64,000 nt of DNA from Candidatus Latescibacterota bacterium (GTDB lineage: Bacteria > Latescibacterota > UBA2968 > UBA8231), in contig OZ241867.1 in the NCBI GenBank assembly GCA_965203175.1, forward strand, positions 2,208,001 through 2,272,000. The letters are read 5' to 3'. Positions 29,469 through 38,113 of the stretch are shown piece by piece. The notes under the pieces are model-generated. The model was given only the letters and a program-made list of their open reading frames with translations. It had not been told where the DNA came from and did no database searches. How positions within the stretch are numbered: the first letter of the stretch is position 1; each line of letters begins with the position of its first letter. The position numbers and the translations under genes are program-made.

Positions 29469-32156
29469 TCACTCTCGGCCACCATAGCGGTTTAATAGCT
29501 CGGCTGTCTCAGTAGCATTGTGTTCCGTCGCAATGTACAGCGGTGTCCGACTCTCGTCGCTCTCAGCATTGACCTCGGCTCCCTGCTTAAGCAGCAGTTC
29601 GGCTGTCGCAGCAGCATCCATCTCTGCCGCCCAGTGTAGCGGTGTCTGGCCCTCGTCGGTTTTGGCATTTATCTCGGCACCTTGGGTCAGTAAGAGTTGG
29701 GCTGTTTCGGTTGCGTTGTCCTCGGCCGCCCAGTGTAGCGGTGTCTGGCCCTCGTCGGTTTTGGCGTTTATCTCGGCACCTTGGGTCAGTAAGAGTTGGG
29801 CTGTTTCGGTTGCATTTTTCCACGCCGCATAGTGCAGTGGTGTCGCCTCCTCGCTGTTCTTGGTGTTGACGTCGGCCCCTTGGGTCAGTAACAGTTGGGC
29901 TGTCTCAGTAGCATTGTGATTCGCCGCATTGTGTAGCGGTGTCCGGCCGTTGTCGGCTTTGGCGTAGATGTCGGCTCCTTGCGCGATCAACAATTGGGCT
30001 ATTTCGATTGCATTTTCGCACGCTGCATTGTGTAGTGGTGTCCGGCCGTTGTCGGTTTTGGCGTTTATTTCAGCTCCTTGCGCGATCAACAATTGGGCTG
30101 TTTCGATTGCATTTTCCCACGCTGCCCTATGCAGTGGCGTATTGCCAGATTCGTCCTTTCCGTTGACGTTGGCTCCCTGTGCCAGCAAGATCTTGGCCGT
30201 TTCAGCCGCGTTGTGTACTGCCGCACTGTGCAGCGGTGTCCGGCCGTTGTCGGTTTTGGCGTTTATTTCAGCTCCTTGCGCGATCAACAATTGGGCTGTT
30301 TCGATTGCATTTTTGCACACTGCATTGTGCAGTGGCGTATTGCCATCTTGGTCCTTTTCGTTGATGTTGGCTCCCTGTGTCAGTAAGAGTTGGGCTGTTT
30401 CCGTCGCATTGTTTGCCGCCACCCAGTGTAGCGATGTCTGGCCATATTCATTCTTTTCGTTGGTTTTGGCTCCCTGCGTTATCAACAATTGGGCTGTTTC
30501 GGTTGCATTTTTCCACGCCGCAAAATGCAGCGGAGTCGATCCCTTGTCGGCTTTGGCGTTTATCTCGGCTTCTTGGGTCAGTAAGAGTTGGGCTGTTTCG
30601 GTTGCGTTGTTCCACGCGGCAAAATGCAGCGGTGTCTCGCCATCTTGGTCCTTTTCGTTGATGTTGGCTCCCTGTGTCAGCAAGACTTTGGTCGTTTCAG
30701 CCGCGTTGTTCCACGCCGCCCAGTGTAGCGGAGTCCGGCCCAATGTGTCCTTGGCACAGATCTCGGCTCCTTGAGCTAGTAACAGTTGGGCTGTTTCCGT
30801 CGCATTTTCTTCTGCTGCCCAGTGCAGTGGTGTTGCTTCCTCGCTGTTCTTGGTGTTGACGTTGGCCCCCCATGTTAGTAACCGTTGGGCCGTTTTAGTC
30901 GCATTGTGATTCGCCGCATAGTGTAGCGGAGTCGATCCCTTGTTGTCCTTGGCGTAGATGTCGGCTCCTTGCGTTAGTAAGAGTTGGGCTGTTTCGGTTG
31001 CGTTGTTCCTCGCCGCAGAATGCAGCGGTGTCACCTCCTTGCTGTTCCTGGTGTTGACGTTGGCCCCCCATGTTATTAACAGTTGGGCTGTTTCAGCCGC
31101 GTTGTTCCCCGCCGCATAGTGTAGCGGAGTCGATCCCTTCTTGCCCTTGGCGTTTATCTCGGCTTCTTGGGTCAGTAAGAGTTGGGCTGTTTCGGTTGCG
31201 TTGTGCCACGCCGCAGAATGCAGCGGTGTCTCGCCCTCGTCGGTTTTGGCGTTTATCTCAGCGCCTTGGGTCAGTAAGAGTTGGGCTGTTTCGGTTGCGT
31301 TGTTCCCCGCCGCCCGGTGCAGTGGTGTCTCGCCATATTTATTCTTTTCGTTGATGTTGGCTCCCTGTGTCAGCAAGACCTCAGTCGTTTCAGCCGCGTT
31401 GTGTACTGCCGCCCAGTGTAGTGACGTCAGACCCAAGGTGTCTTTGGCGCAAATCTCGGCTCCTTGCGTCAGCAACAGGTTGGCCGTTTTGTTTGCATTT
31501 TCTGCTGCTGCCCAGTGCAGTGGTGTCGCCTCCTCGCTGTTCTTGGTGTTGACGTTGGCCCCCCATGTTATTAACAGTTGGGCCGTTTCAGCCGCGTTGC
31601 CTATCGCCGCCCAGTGTAGCGGTGTCGATCCCTTGTCGGCTTTGGCGTTTATCTCGGCCCCTTGGGTCAGTAAGAGTTGGGCTGTTTCGGTTGCGTTGTT
31701 CCACGCTGCAAAATGCAGCGGCGTCGATCCCTTGTCGGCTTTGGCGTTTATCTCGGCCCCTTGGGTCAGTAAGAGTTGGGCTGTTTCGGTTGCGTTGTTC
31801 CTCGCCGCCCGGTGCAACGGCGTCTCGCCATATTTATTCTTTTCGTTTATCTCAGCGCCTTGGGTCAGTAAGAGTTGGGCTGTTTCGGTTGCGTTGTTCC
31901 ACGCTGCCCAGTGTAGCGGTGTGTGGCCCTTGTCGTTTCTGGCGTTTATCTCGGCCCCTTGGGTCAGTAAGAGTTGGGCTGTTTCCGTCGCATTGTTTGC
32001 TGCTGCCCGGTGCAGTGGTGTCGCCTCCTCGCTGTTCTTGGTGTTGACGTCTTGGATATTGGCGAACACAAGGAAGCCAATGACCAAGAGCACCACTAGG
32101 CCCAAGACCTTGGCCAATCGCCGGACATTAGTCTTTTTTGGCGGTCCGTTGCTCAT
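29469..32156 (-). CDS. Membrane-anchored ankyrin repeat protein 3 (~26 repeats)
   Basis: Same leader, repeat consensus and C-cap. Confidence 0.93.
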   Translation of the reverse strand: MSNGPPKKTNVRRLAKVLGLVVLLVIGFLVFANIQDVNTKNSEEATPLHRAAANNATETAQLLLTQGAEINARNDKGHTPLHWAAWNNATETAQLLLTQGAEINEKNKYGETPLHRAARNNATETAQLLLTQGAEINAKADKGSTPLHFAAWNNATETAQLLLTQGAEINAKADKGSTPLHWAAIGNAAETAQLLITWGANVNTKNSEEATPLHWAAAENANKTANLLLTQGAEICAKDTLGLTSLHWAAVHNAAETTEVLLTQGANINEKNKYGETPLHRAAGNNATETAQLLLTQGAEINAKTDEGETPLHSAAWHNATETAQLLLTQEAEINAKGKKGSTPLHYAAGNNAAETAQLLITWGANVNTRNSKEVTPLHSAARNNATETAQLLLTQGADIYAKDNKGSTPLHYAANHNATKTAQRLLTWGANVNTKNSEEATPLHWAAEENATETAQLLLAQGAEICAKDTLGRTPLHWAAWNNAAETTKVLLTQGANINEKDQDGETPLHFAAWNNATETAQLLLTQEAEINAKADKGSTPLHFAAWKNATETAQLLITQGAKTNEKNEYGQTSLHWVAANNATETAQLLLTQGANINEKDQDGNTPLHNAVCKNAIETAQLLIAQGAEINAKTDNGRTPLHSAAVHNAAETAKILLAQGANVNGKDESGNTPLHRAAWENAIETAQLLIAQGAEINAKTDNGRTPLHNAACENAIEIAQLLIAQGADIYAKADNGRTPLHNAANHNATETAQLLLTQGADVNTKNSEEATPLHYAAWKNATETAQLLLTQGAEINAKTDEGQTPLHWAAEDNATETAQLLLTQGAEINAKTDEGQTPLHWAAEMDAAATAELLLKQGAEVNAESDESRTPLYIATEHNATETAELLNRYGGRE

Positions 32157-32175
32157 TTCGTTTCTCGCAATTGGG

Positions 32176-32303
32176 TGGGTCTAGGAAGGTCACATCTTCG
32201 ACCGCGACGTGGATATTCTGTCGCCTCGGCTCAGGGCGCTGTGGGGCTGAACGGGGCGACTTAGCGACTGCTCCATAAAACCGTATCGCCAGCGTCTGCT
32301 CAT
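32176..32303 (+). pseudogene. Duplicated phosphoesterase 3' fragment plus spacer with TGG>TAG stop
   Basis: Matches 24535..24662; same left junction as the copy at 29353. Confidence 0.88.
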
Positions 32304-34298
32304 TCACTCTCGGCCACCATAGCGGTTTAATAGCTCGGCTGTCTCAATAGCATTGTGATTCGTCGCAATGTGTAGTGGTGTTAGGCCCTCGTCGCTCTCA
32401 GCGTTGACTTCGGCTCCCTGCTTAAGCAGCAGTTCGGCTGTCGCAGCAGCGTCCGTCTCTGCCGCATCGTGCAGCGGCGTCAGCCCCTTGTCGTCTTTGG
32501 CGTTTATCTCGGCACCTTGGGTCAGTAAGAGTTGGGCTGTTTCGGTTGCGTTGCCCATCGCCGCTAAGTGTAGCGATGTCCGGCTACATTTGTCCTTTTC
32601 GTGAACATCGGCTCCTTGGGTCAGTAAGAGTTGGGCTGTTTCCGTCGCATTTTTCCACGCCGCAGAATGCAGCGGTGTCTGGCCTTCGTCGGCTTTGGCG
32701 TTTATCTCAGCTCCTTGCGCGATCAACAATTGGGCTGTTTCGATTGCATTTTCGCACACTGCATTGTGCAGTGGTGTCTGGCCATATTCGTCCTTTTCGC
32801 TGACGTTGGCTCCTTGGGTTAGTAAGAGTTGGGCTGTTTCAGCCGCGTTGTTCCACGCCGCAGAATGCAGTGGTGTCTGGCCATACTTATTCTTTTCGTT
32901 GCTGTTGGCTCCCTGTGTCAGCAAGACTTTGGCCGTTTCAGCCGCGTTGTTTGCTGCCGCCCGGTGCAGTGGCGTCTCGCCATATTCATCCTTTTCGTTG
33001 CTGTTGGCTCCCTGTGTCAGCAAGACTTTGGCCGTTTCAGCCGTATTTTTCCACGCCGCCCAGTGTAGCGGAGTCCGGCCCAATGTGTCCTTGGCGCAAA
33101 TCTCGGCTTCTTGAGTTAGTAACAGTTGGGCTGTTTCAGTCGCATTTTTCCACGCCGCCCAGTGCAGTGGTGTCGCCTCCTCGCTGTTCTTGGTGTTGAC
33201 GTCGGCTCCTTGGGTTAGTAACAGTTGGGCTGTTTCAGCCGCGTTGTTCCACGCCGCATGGTGCAGCGGTGTCTCGCCCTTATCGGCTTTGGCGTTTATC
33301 TCAGCTCCTTGTGCGATCAACAATTGGGCTGTTTCGTCGGCATTGTTCCATGCCGCATAGTGCAGCGGCATGTCGCCATCTTGCTCCTTTTCGTTGACGT
33401 TGGCTCCCCGTGTCAGCAAGACTTTGGTCGTTTCAGCCGCGTTGTTCCACGCCGCCCAGTGTAGCGGTGTCTGGCCCAATGTGTCCTTGGCACAGATCTC
33501 GGCACCTTGCGTCAGCAACAGGTTGGCCGTTTTGTTTGCATTGTTTGCTGCTGCCCAGTGCAGTGGTGTCGCCTCCTCGCTGGTCTTGGTGTTGACGTTG
33601 GCCCCCCATGTTATTAACAGTTGGGCCGTTTCAGCCGCGTTGTGTGCTGCCGCATCGTGTAGCGGAGTCGATCCCTGGTCGTTTTTGGCGTTTATCTCGG
33701 CCCCTTGGGTCAGTAAGAGTTGGGCTATTTCGGTTGCATTTTTCCACGCCGCATAATGCAGCGGTGTTGCGCTGTGGTCGTTTTTGGCGTTTATCTCGGC
33801 CCCTTGGGTCAGTAAGAGTTGGGCTGTTTCGGTTGCGTTGTTCCTCGCCGCCCAGTGTAGCGGTGTCCGGCCATATTCGTCCTTTTCGTTGATGTTGGCT
33901 CCCTGTGTCAGCAAGGCTTTGGCCGTTTCAGCCGCGTTGTTCCACGCTGCCCGGTGCAGTGGTGTCTGGCCTTCTTGGTCCTTTTCGTTGATGTTGGCTC
34001 CCTGTGTCAGCAACAGGTTGGCCATCTCAGCCGCGTTGTTCCACGCCGCCCAGTGTAGCGGTGTCCGGCCCAATGTGTCCTTGGCACAGATCTCGGCTCC
34101 TTGCGTCAGTAAGAGTTGGGCTGTTTCGGTTGCGTTGTTTGCTGCTGCCCAGTGCAGAGGTGTCGCCTCCTCGCTGTTCTTGGTGTTGACGTCTTGGATA
34201 TTGGCGAACACAAGGAAGCCAATGACCAAGAGCACCACTGCGCCCAAGATCTTGGCCAATCGCCGGACTTTGGTCTTTTTAGGCGGTTCGTTGCTCAT
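32304..34298 (-). CDS. Membrane-anchored ankyrin repeat protein 4 (~19 repeats)
   Basis: Same leader, repeat consensus and C-cap. Its upstream ~77 bp matches that of gene 1 (26880..26956). Confidence 0.93.
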   Translation of the reverse strand: MSNEPPKKTKVRRLAKILGAVVLLVIGFLVFANIQDVNTKNSEEATPLHWAAANNATETAQLLLTQGAEICAKDTLGRTPLHWAAWNNAAEMANLLLTQGANINEKDQEGQTPLHRAAWNNAAETAKALLTQGANINEKDEYGRTPLHWAARNNATETAQLLLTQGAEINAKNDHSATPLHYAAWKNATEIAQLLLTQGAEINAKNDQGSTPLHDAAAHNAAETAQLLITWGANVNTKTSEEATPLHWAAANNANKTANLLLTQGAEICAKDTLGQTPLHWAAWNNAAETTKVLLTRGANVNEKEQDGDMPLHYAAWNNADETAQLLIAQGAEINAKADKGETPLHHAAWNNAAETAQLLLTQGADVNTKNSEEATPLHWAAWKNATETAQLLLTQEAEICAKDTLGRTPLHWAAWKNTAETAKVLLTQGANSNEKDEYGETPLHRAAANNAAETAKVLLTQGANSNEKNKYGQTPLHSAAWNNAAETAQLLLTQGANVSEKDEYGQTPLHNAVCENAIETAQLLIAQGAEINAKADEGQTPLHSAAWKNATETAQLLLTQGADVHEKDKCSRTSLHLAAMGNATETAQLLLTQGAEINAKDDKGLTPLHDAAETDAAATAELLLKQGAEVNAESDEGLTPLHIATNHNAIETAELLNRYGGRE

Positions 34299-34520
34299 TT
34301 CGGTTCTCGCAATTGGGTGGTAGTGTCTAGTGGTGTTGGCGGCTGCGTTGGGTTTTTGTTATTGCTCTCTTGAGCCGACATTTGCTTTGCGCGATGGCTC
34401 CCTGATGTCTAAAACATAATGTAGCTTAGTATAGATGTCGGTTGAAGCTCATGGCAAGCGTCGGTGCCGCGTTGCGGAGACTGTAACTTAAAATCACATC
34501 TTTCTCGGAGGAGTAATCCC

Positions 34521-35327
34521 ATGAGCCGCGATCTTCCCCGTACCATTTTAGGCCGCACCAATCTCGAGGTTACCCGATTCGGCATTGGCGGCACGTATTG
34601 CGAGACGGTCGATGGATACAAGGCTGCGCTCGATTGTGGCGTCAACTACGTCGATACGGCACGCAGCTATCAGGGCGGTGAAGACGAGAAGTTGATCGGC
34701 CAAGCGATCCAGGGCCGGCGTCACGATCTCATCGTAGCCAGCAAATCCGCGCGGCGCGGTGCCGAAGAGGCGCGCCAAGAGTTGCAAACCTCGTTGCGCG
34801 CGCTCAAAACGGACTACCTCGATATTTTCCAGCTCCACCATTTGAACACCGAAGAAGAACGCAACCAAGCGCTGGGCCCCGGCGGAGCATTAGAAGCCGC
34901 CCAACAAGCCCGCGAAGAGGGCCTAGTGCGCTTTATCGGCGTCACCGGACACGATTGGGTGCAAGTGGAACAGGCGGTCCGCACCGGTCATTTTGATACG
35001 GTACTTTGCTGGTATAATTGCGCGATGAAAGAGCCGGAAGAAACGGTTTTTCCCGCAGCGCAGGCCGCCAATACGGGCGTGGTGATCATGAACGCCTCGC
35101 GCAACGAGCGGTTGCTAAAAGGTCCCGGCGCGCCCGCTCCTGAACAATTCTATCGCTACGTGCTCAGCCACGACGCCGTGCATACCACGGTCATGGGTTT
35201 GCGGAGTATCGATCTCTTTGCACGAGTTGCCGCTAGTTTGTCGGAGCGCGAGATGATCACGCCAGAAGAGCGGGCTGAGCTCGAAGCCTATGGAGCACAG
35301 CAGCGGGCGTCTGGGGAGCTGGAATAA
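34521..35327 (+). CDS. Aldo/keto reductase
   Basis: LGRTNLEVT, VDTARSY, SLRALKTDYLDIFQLH, VRFIGVTGH. GGAGG SD. Confidence 0.9.
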   Translation: MSRDLPRTILGRTNLEVTRFGIGGTYCETVDGYKAALDCGVNYVDTARSYQGGEDEKLIGQAIQGRRHDLIVASKSARRGAEEARQELQTSLRALKTDYLDIFQLHHLNTEEERNQALGPGGALEAAQQAREEGLVRFIGVTGHDWVQVEQAVRTGHFDTVLCWYNCAMKEPEETVFPAAQAANTGVVIMNASRNERLLKGPGAPAPEQFYRYVLSHDAVHTTVMGLRSIDLFARVAASLSEREMITPEERAELEAYGAQQRASGELE

Positions 35328-35329
35328 GT

Positions 35330-35378
35330 ATGGCTAAACGAGAATTCCCCATCCACATGGCGGTGCGCGAGGGCCATG
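35330..35378 (+). pseudogene. Remnant of the 5' part of the ankyrin gene at 36366
   Basis: ATGGCTAAACG matches 36366; 35348..35378 is identical to 36609..36639 (PIHMAVREGH). Confidence 0.75.
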
Positions 35379-35406
35379 TAAGCAGGGCGTGTGTGGTCGG
35401 TCGTAG

Positions 35407-35790
35407 TTACGTCTGTACTATCTGAATCAGGTTACCGCAGGTGTCGTCAAAGACTGCCACGGTGACGTTGGCCAATTCTGTCGGATCCATCGTAAAAGCT
35501 ACGCCCAGTGACTTCAGTTTCTCACACTCTGCACCGATGTCCGTAACGCCAAAGGACGCCGCTGGGATGCCTTGGTCAAATATCCCTTTCTGAAAGGCCT
35601 GTGATACCGGGTTGTCATTTGGTTCAAGCAGAAGCTCGGTCCCATCTGGGTCATCGGGCGAGACGACGGTAAGCCACTTGAATTCCCCCACAGGCACGTC
35701 ATGCTTCTTCACAAAGCCGAGGGTCTCCGTGTAAAACCTCAGCGCTTCGTCCTGGTCACTTACGAAAACGCTGGTGAGTGTAATGCGCAT
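35407..35790 (-). CDS. VOC/glyoxalase family protein
   Basis: VSDQDEALRFYTETLGF...FDDTCGNLIQI. Confidence 0.9.
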   Translation of the reverse strand: MRITLTSVFVSDQDEALRFYTETLGFVKKHDVPVGEFKWLTVVSPDDPDGTELLLEPNDNPVSQAFQKGIFDQGIPAASFGVTDIGAECEKLKSLGVAFTMDPTELANVTVAVFDDTCGNLIQIVQT

Positions 35791-35817
35791 ATCTGGCCTT
35801 CTTTTCTTTTCATAGTG

Positions 35818-36090
35818 TCACTTGAGCCATCGGTTCATGACAGTCTTGATGGGTTCATCGTTGAAGACAAGCATCCGATACTTGCCACGCTTCTCTGATC
35901 TCACAAGCCCCGCCTTTTCTAAGACATCAATGTGCTTGGCTATTGCCTGTCGGGAGATGGCGACTTTGTGTCGCATGATCAAGCGCACCGAGAGTTCGTA
36001 AAGCGTCTGCTCCTTGCGCTCGGAGAGCTCGTCCAGCATCAACCTCCGTGTTGGGTCTGCGAGCGCCTTGAAGACTAGGTCTTTGTGCAT
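35818..36090 (-). CDS. ArsR/SmtB family regulator
   Basis: FKALADPTRR...ISRQAIAKHIDVLEKAGLV. Start at 36090 or 36096. Confidence 0.9.
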   Translation of the reverse strand: MHKDLVFKALADPTRRLMLDELSERKEQTLYELSVRLIMRHKVAISRQAIAKHIDVLEKAGLVRSEKRGKYRMLVFNDEPIKTVMNRWLK

Positions 36091-36098
36091 TGACATAT

Positions 36099-36128
36099 AC
36101 TATACGCAACCACAGGGTTGCGTGTCAA
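36099..36128 (-). promoter_or_regulatory. Sigma70 promoter with overlapping palindromic operator for arsR-VOC
   Basis: TTGACA-N18-TATAGT, with inverted repeat ACGCAACC-acag-GGTTGCGT (36104..36123) in the spacer. Confidence 0.7.
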
Positions 36129-36365
36129 GAGGCGATTTCCCAGGCTGGCAGGAACCACATCCCCAGCTATCGGCGGGATTGGGCGAAAACTTGGAGCTAG
36201 TGGACGAGTTGGAATATATCGGTTGAGGCCCAAGGCGAAACAAGCTGCGGTACTTGCGGCGCAGATGCGCCTGTGAGTTTTATTGATAGCAGGTATTTTA
36301 CCTAAAAGATTTACCAGACCCGCGATGCAGGTCAACAATCCGCTTCTACAAGAGGGATGCTGAAG

Positions 36366-38078
36366 ATGGCTAAACGGGAATTGCAGGGACAGGCTCCTTC
36401 GCCCGATGAGCGCTTTGAGCAACGGGTCGCGCATCTGCTTCAGCCTGAAGACATGAAGACCGAGCACTACCAATACGGGATCGAAGCCGTGGACGGGAAT
36501 CAGGCTTGGGCGCTCTTTTGCGCCAGCGGCGCTGGTGATCTGGCGCAGGTCAGCGCGTTGCTCGACCGCGATCCCAAGTTGGTCAATGCCCAGTACTGGT
36601 ACCAGTTTCCCATCCACATGGCGGTGCGCGAGGGCCATGCTGAGGTGGTCCAGCTACTGTTGCAGGCTGGGGCCGATCCGGGCCAGTCGCGTTATACTTA
36701 TAATTCGTGGGACAAGTTGCTAGCCATCGCCGAGGAGCGCGGCTACGGAGAAGTGCAGGCGCTGCTGGTGGCAGCGATGCGCGGGCGATTTGGCTACGAT
36801 CCGGGTTTTGTCGCGCTAGCCGAGGCGATCAAAGGCCGCGACCGGGCGCTGGTCGAGGCGGTGTTGGCCGAGCATCCCGACTTTATTCGCGCCGCCGATG
36901 CGTTGGGCAATGGGCCGCTGCACTGGGCGGCGCTGACGCGGCAAAACGACTTGGTGGATTTCTTTGTCGCGCAGGGTGCCGACCTCGAAGCTCGCCGCGC
37001 CGATGGCCAGACACCGCTATTGGTCTCGCTCAACGGCGACTACTGGTTTCGGACGCGCGATCTGCCGGCGGAAGCGCCGCGAGATCCGTGGGTTGTTACC
37101 CGCCACTTGCTCGCTTGCAGCGCGGAGTACGCTCTCAGCATTGCCTGTGCGGCTGGCGATGAAGATCGCGTCAATGAAGTGCTGGTGGCCGATCCGGCTC
37201 AGGCCCGTACTCTCGATGCCGGACGGCGCAGTCCGCTGTCCTATGCCGCTCGCAACGGCCATACCCGGATCGTCGAAAAATTGCTGGATTTGGGTGCCGA
37301 TCCCAATCAGCCCGAAGAAAACGCGTCGCGCGGCAAAGCACTCTTCGAGGCTTGCGCGGGTAACCATTTGGAGACAGTGAAACTGTTGCGCGAACGCGGT
37401 GCCGATCCCAATGCCGGGGTGGACTCTTCGGGCTCTTGCCTGACTATCGTCGAGTTCAATCACAGCAAGAAAGGCCAACAAATGCAGGCTCTGTTACGCG
37501 AATACGGTGCTGTGACGCCGCCTTATGCCATGGACGACGCGGCGCTGGAACGGGCGATGCGCGAGGGAGATGCTGTCATTTCGCACTCACAATTCCTGCA
37601 CGAGTTGATGGGACGGGATAATCCCGCGCTCATTGGCGTCTTCTTGGAAATCACACCGGATGTGGGCGACCTGTTCCAATTGACCGATATCTGGGGCGGC
37701 AACTATCCTTCAGACCCCGATACAATCCGCACCTTGGCCGACCGCGGCCTCGACCTGCACCGCGCCAACTGGATCGGCCGCACCTTTCTGCACGGCTGTG
37801 CGGAAAAGGGCGATGTTGCGGCGGCTCGCGTCTTTTTGGAGTTGGGAGCCGATATAGAGGCGGTCGAATTGGAATACGGAGGCACGCCTTTGGCCGCTGC
37901 GGCGCGCAAGGGGCAGGCGGAGATGGTGCGTTTTTTATTAGAACAAGGTGCCGATCCAGCCGCGCCAGCCGAGTCGCCTTGGGCGCAGCCGCTTTATTGG
38001 GCGGAGAAGGAAGGGCAGGGGGAAGTGGCGGAGTTGCTTAAGGAAAGGCTCAGAGGGAAAGGCGCTAGCGGCGATTAG
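36366..38078 (+). CDS. Cytoplasmic ankyrin repeat protein (divergent repeats)
   Basis: PIHMAVREGH, GPLHWAA, SPLSYAARNGH, TPLAAAARKG; no signal peptide. Confidence 0.88.
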   Translation: MAKRELQGQAPSPDERFEQRVAHLLQPEDMKTEHYQYGIEAVDGNQAWALFCASGAGDLAQVSALLDRDPKLVNAQYWYQFPIHMAVREGHAEVVQLLLQAGADPGQSRYTYNSWDKLLAIAEERGYGEVQALLVAAMRGRFGYDPGFVALAEAIKGRDRALVEAVLAEHPDFIRAADALGNGPLHWAALTRQNDLVDFFVAQGADLEARRADGQTPLLVSLNGDYWFRTRDLPAEAPRDPWVVTRHLLACSAEYALSIACAAGDEDRVNEVLVADPAQARTLDAGRRSPLSYAARNGHTRIVEKLLDLGADPNQPEENASRGKALFEACAGNHLETVKLLRERGADPNAGVDSSGSCLTIVEFNHSKKGQQMQALLREYGAVTPPYAMDDAALERAMREGDAVISHSQFLHELMGRDNPALIGVFLEITPDVGDLFQLTDIWGGNYPSDPDTIRTLADRGLDLHRANWIGRTFLHGCAEKGDVAAARVFLELGADIEAVELEYGGTPLAAAARKGQAEMVRFLLEQGADPAAPAESPWAQPLYWAEKEGQGEVAELLKERLRGKGASGD

Positions 38079-38113
38079 GTACTGAGTAAACGCTACTTGA
38101 TAGAAGGAATAAA

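Noticed and set aside
24610-32303. Ankyrin genes as integron cassettes with attC spacers
   Set aside because: No RYYYAAC/GTTRRRY boxes in the spacers and no integrase. The spacers are explained as phosphoesterase gene fragments.
24663-34298. Diversity-generating retroelement
   Set aside because: No reverse transcriptase or non-coding template repeat in the window, and differences are not obviously limited to adenines.
24712-34323. Many plus-strand ORFs (CSGVRP... repeats)
   Set aside because: Antisense shadows of the ankyrin repeats.
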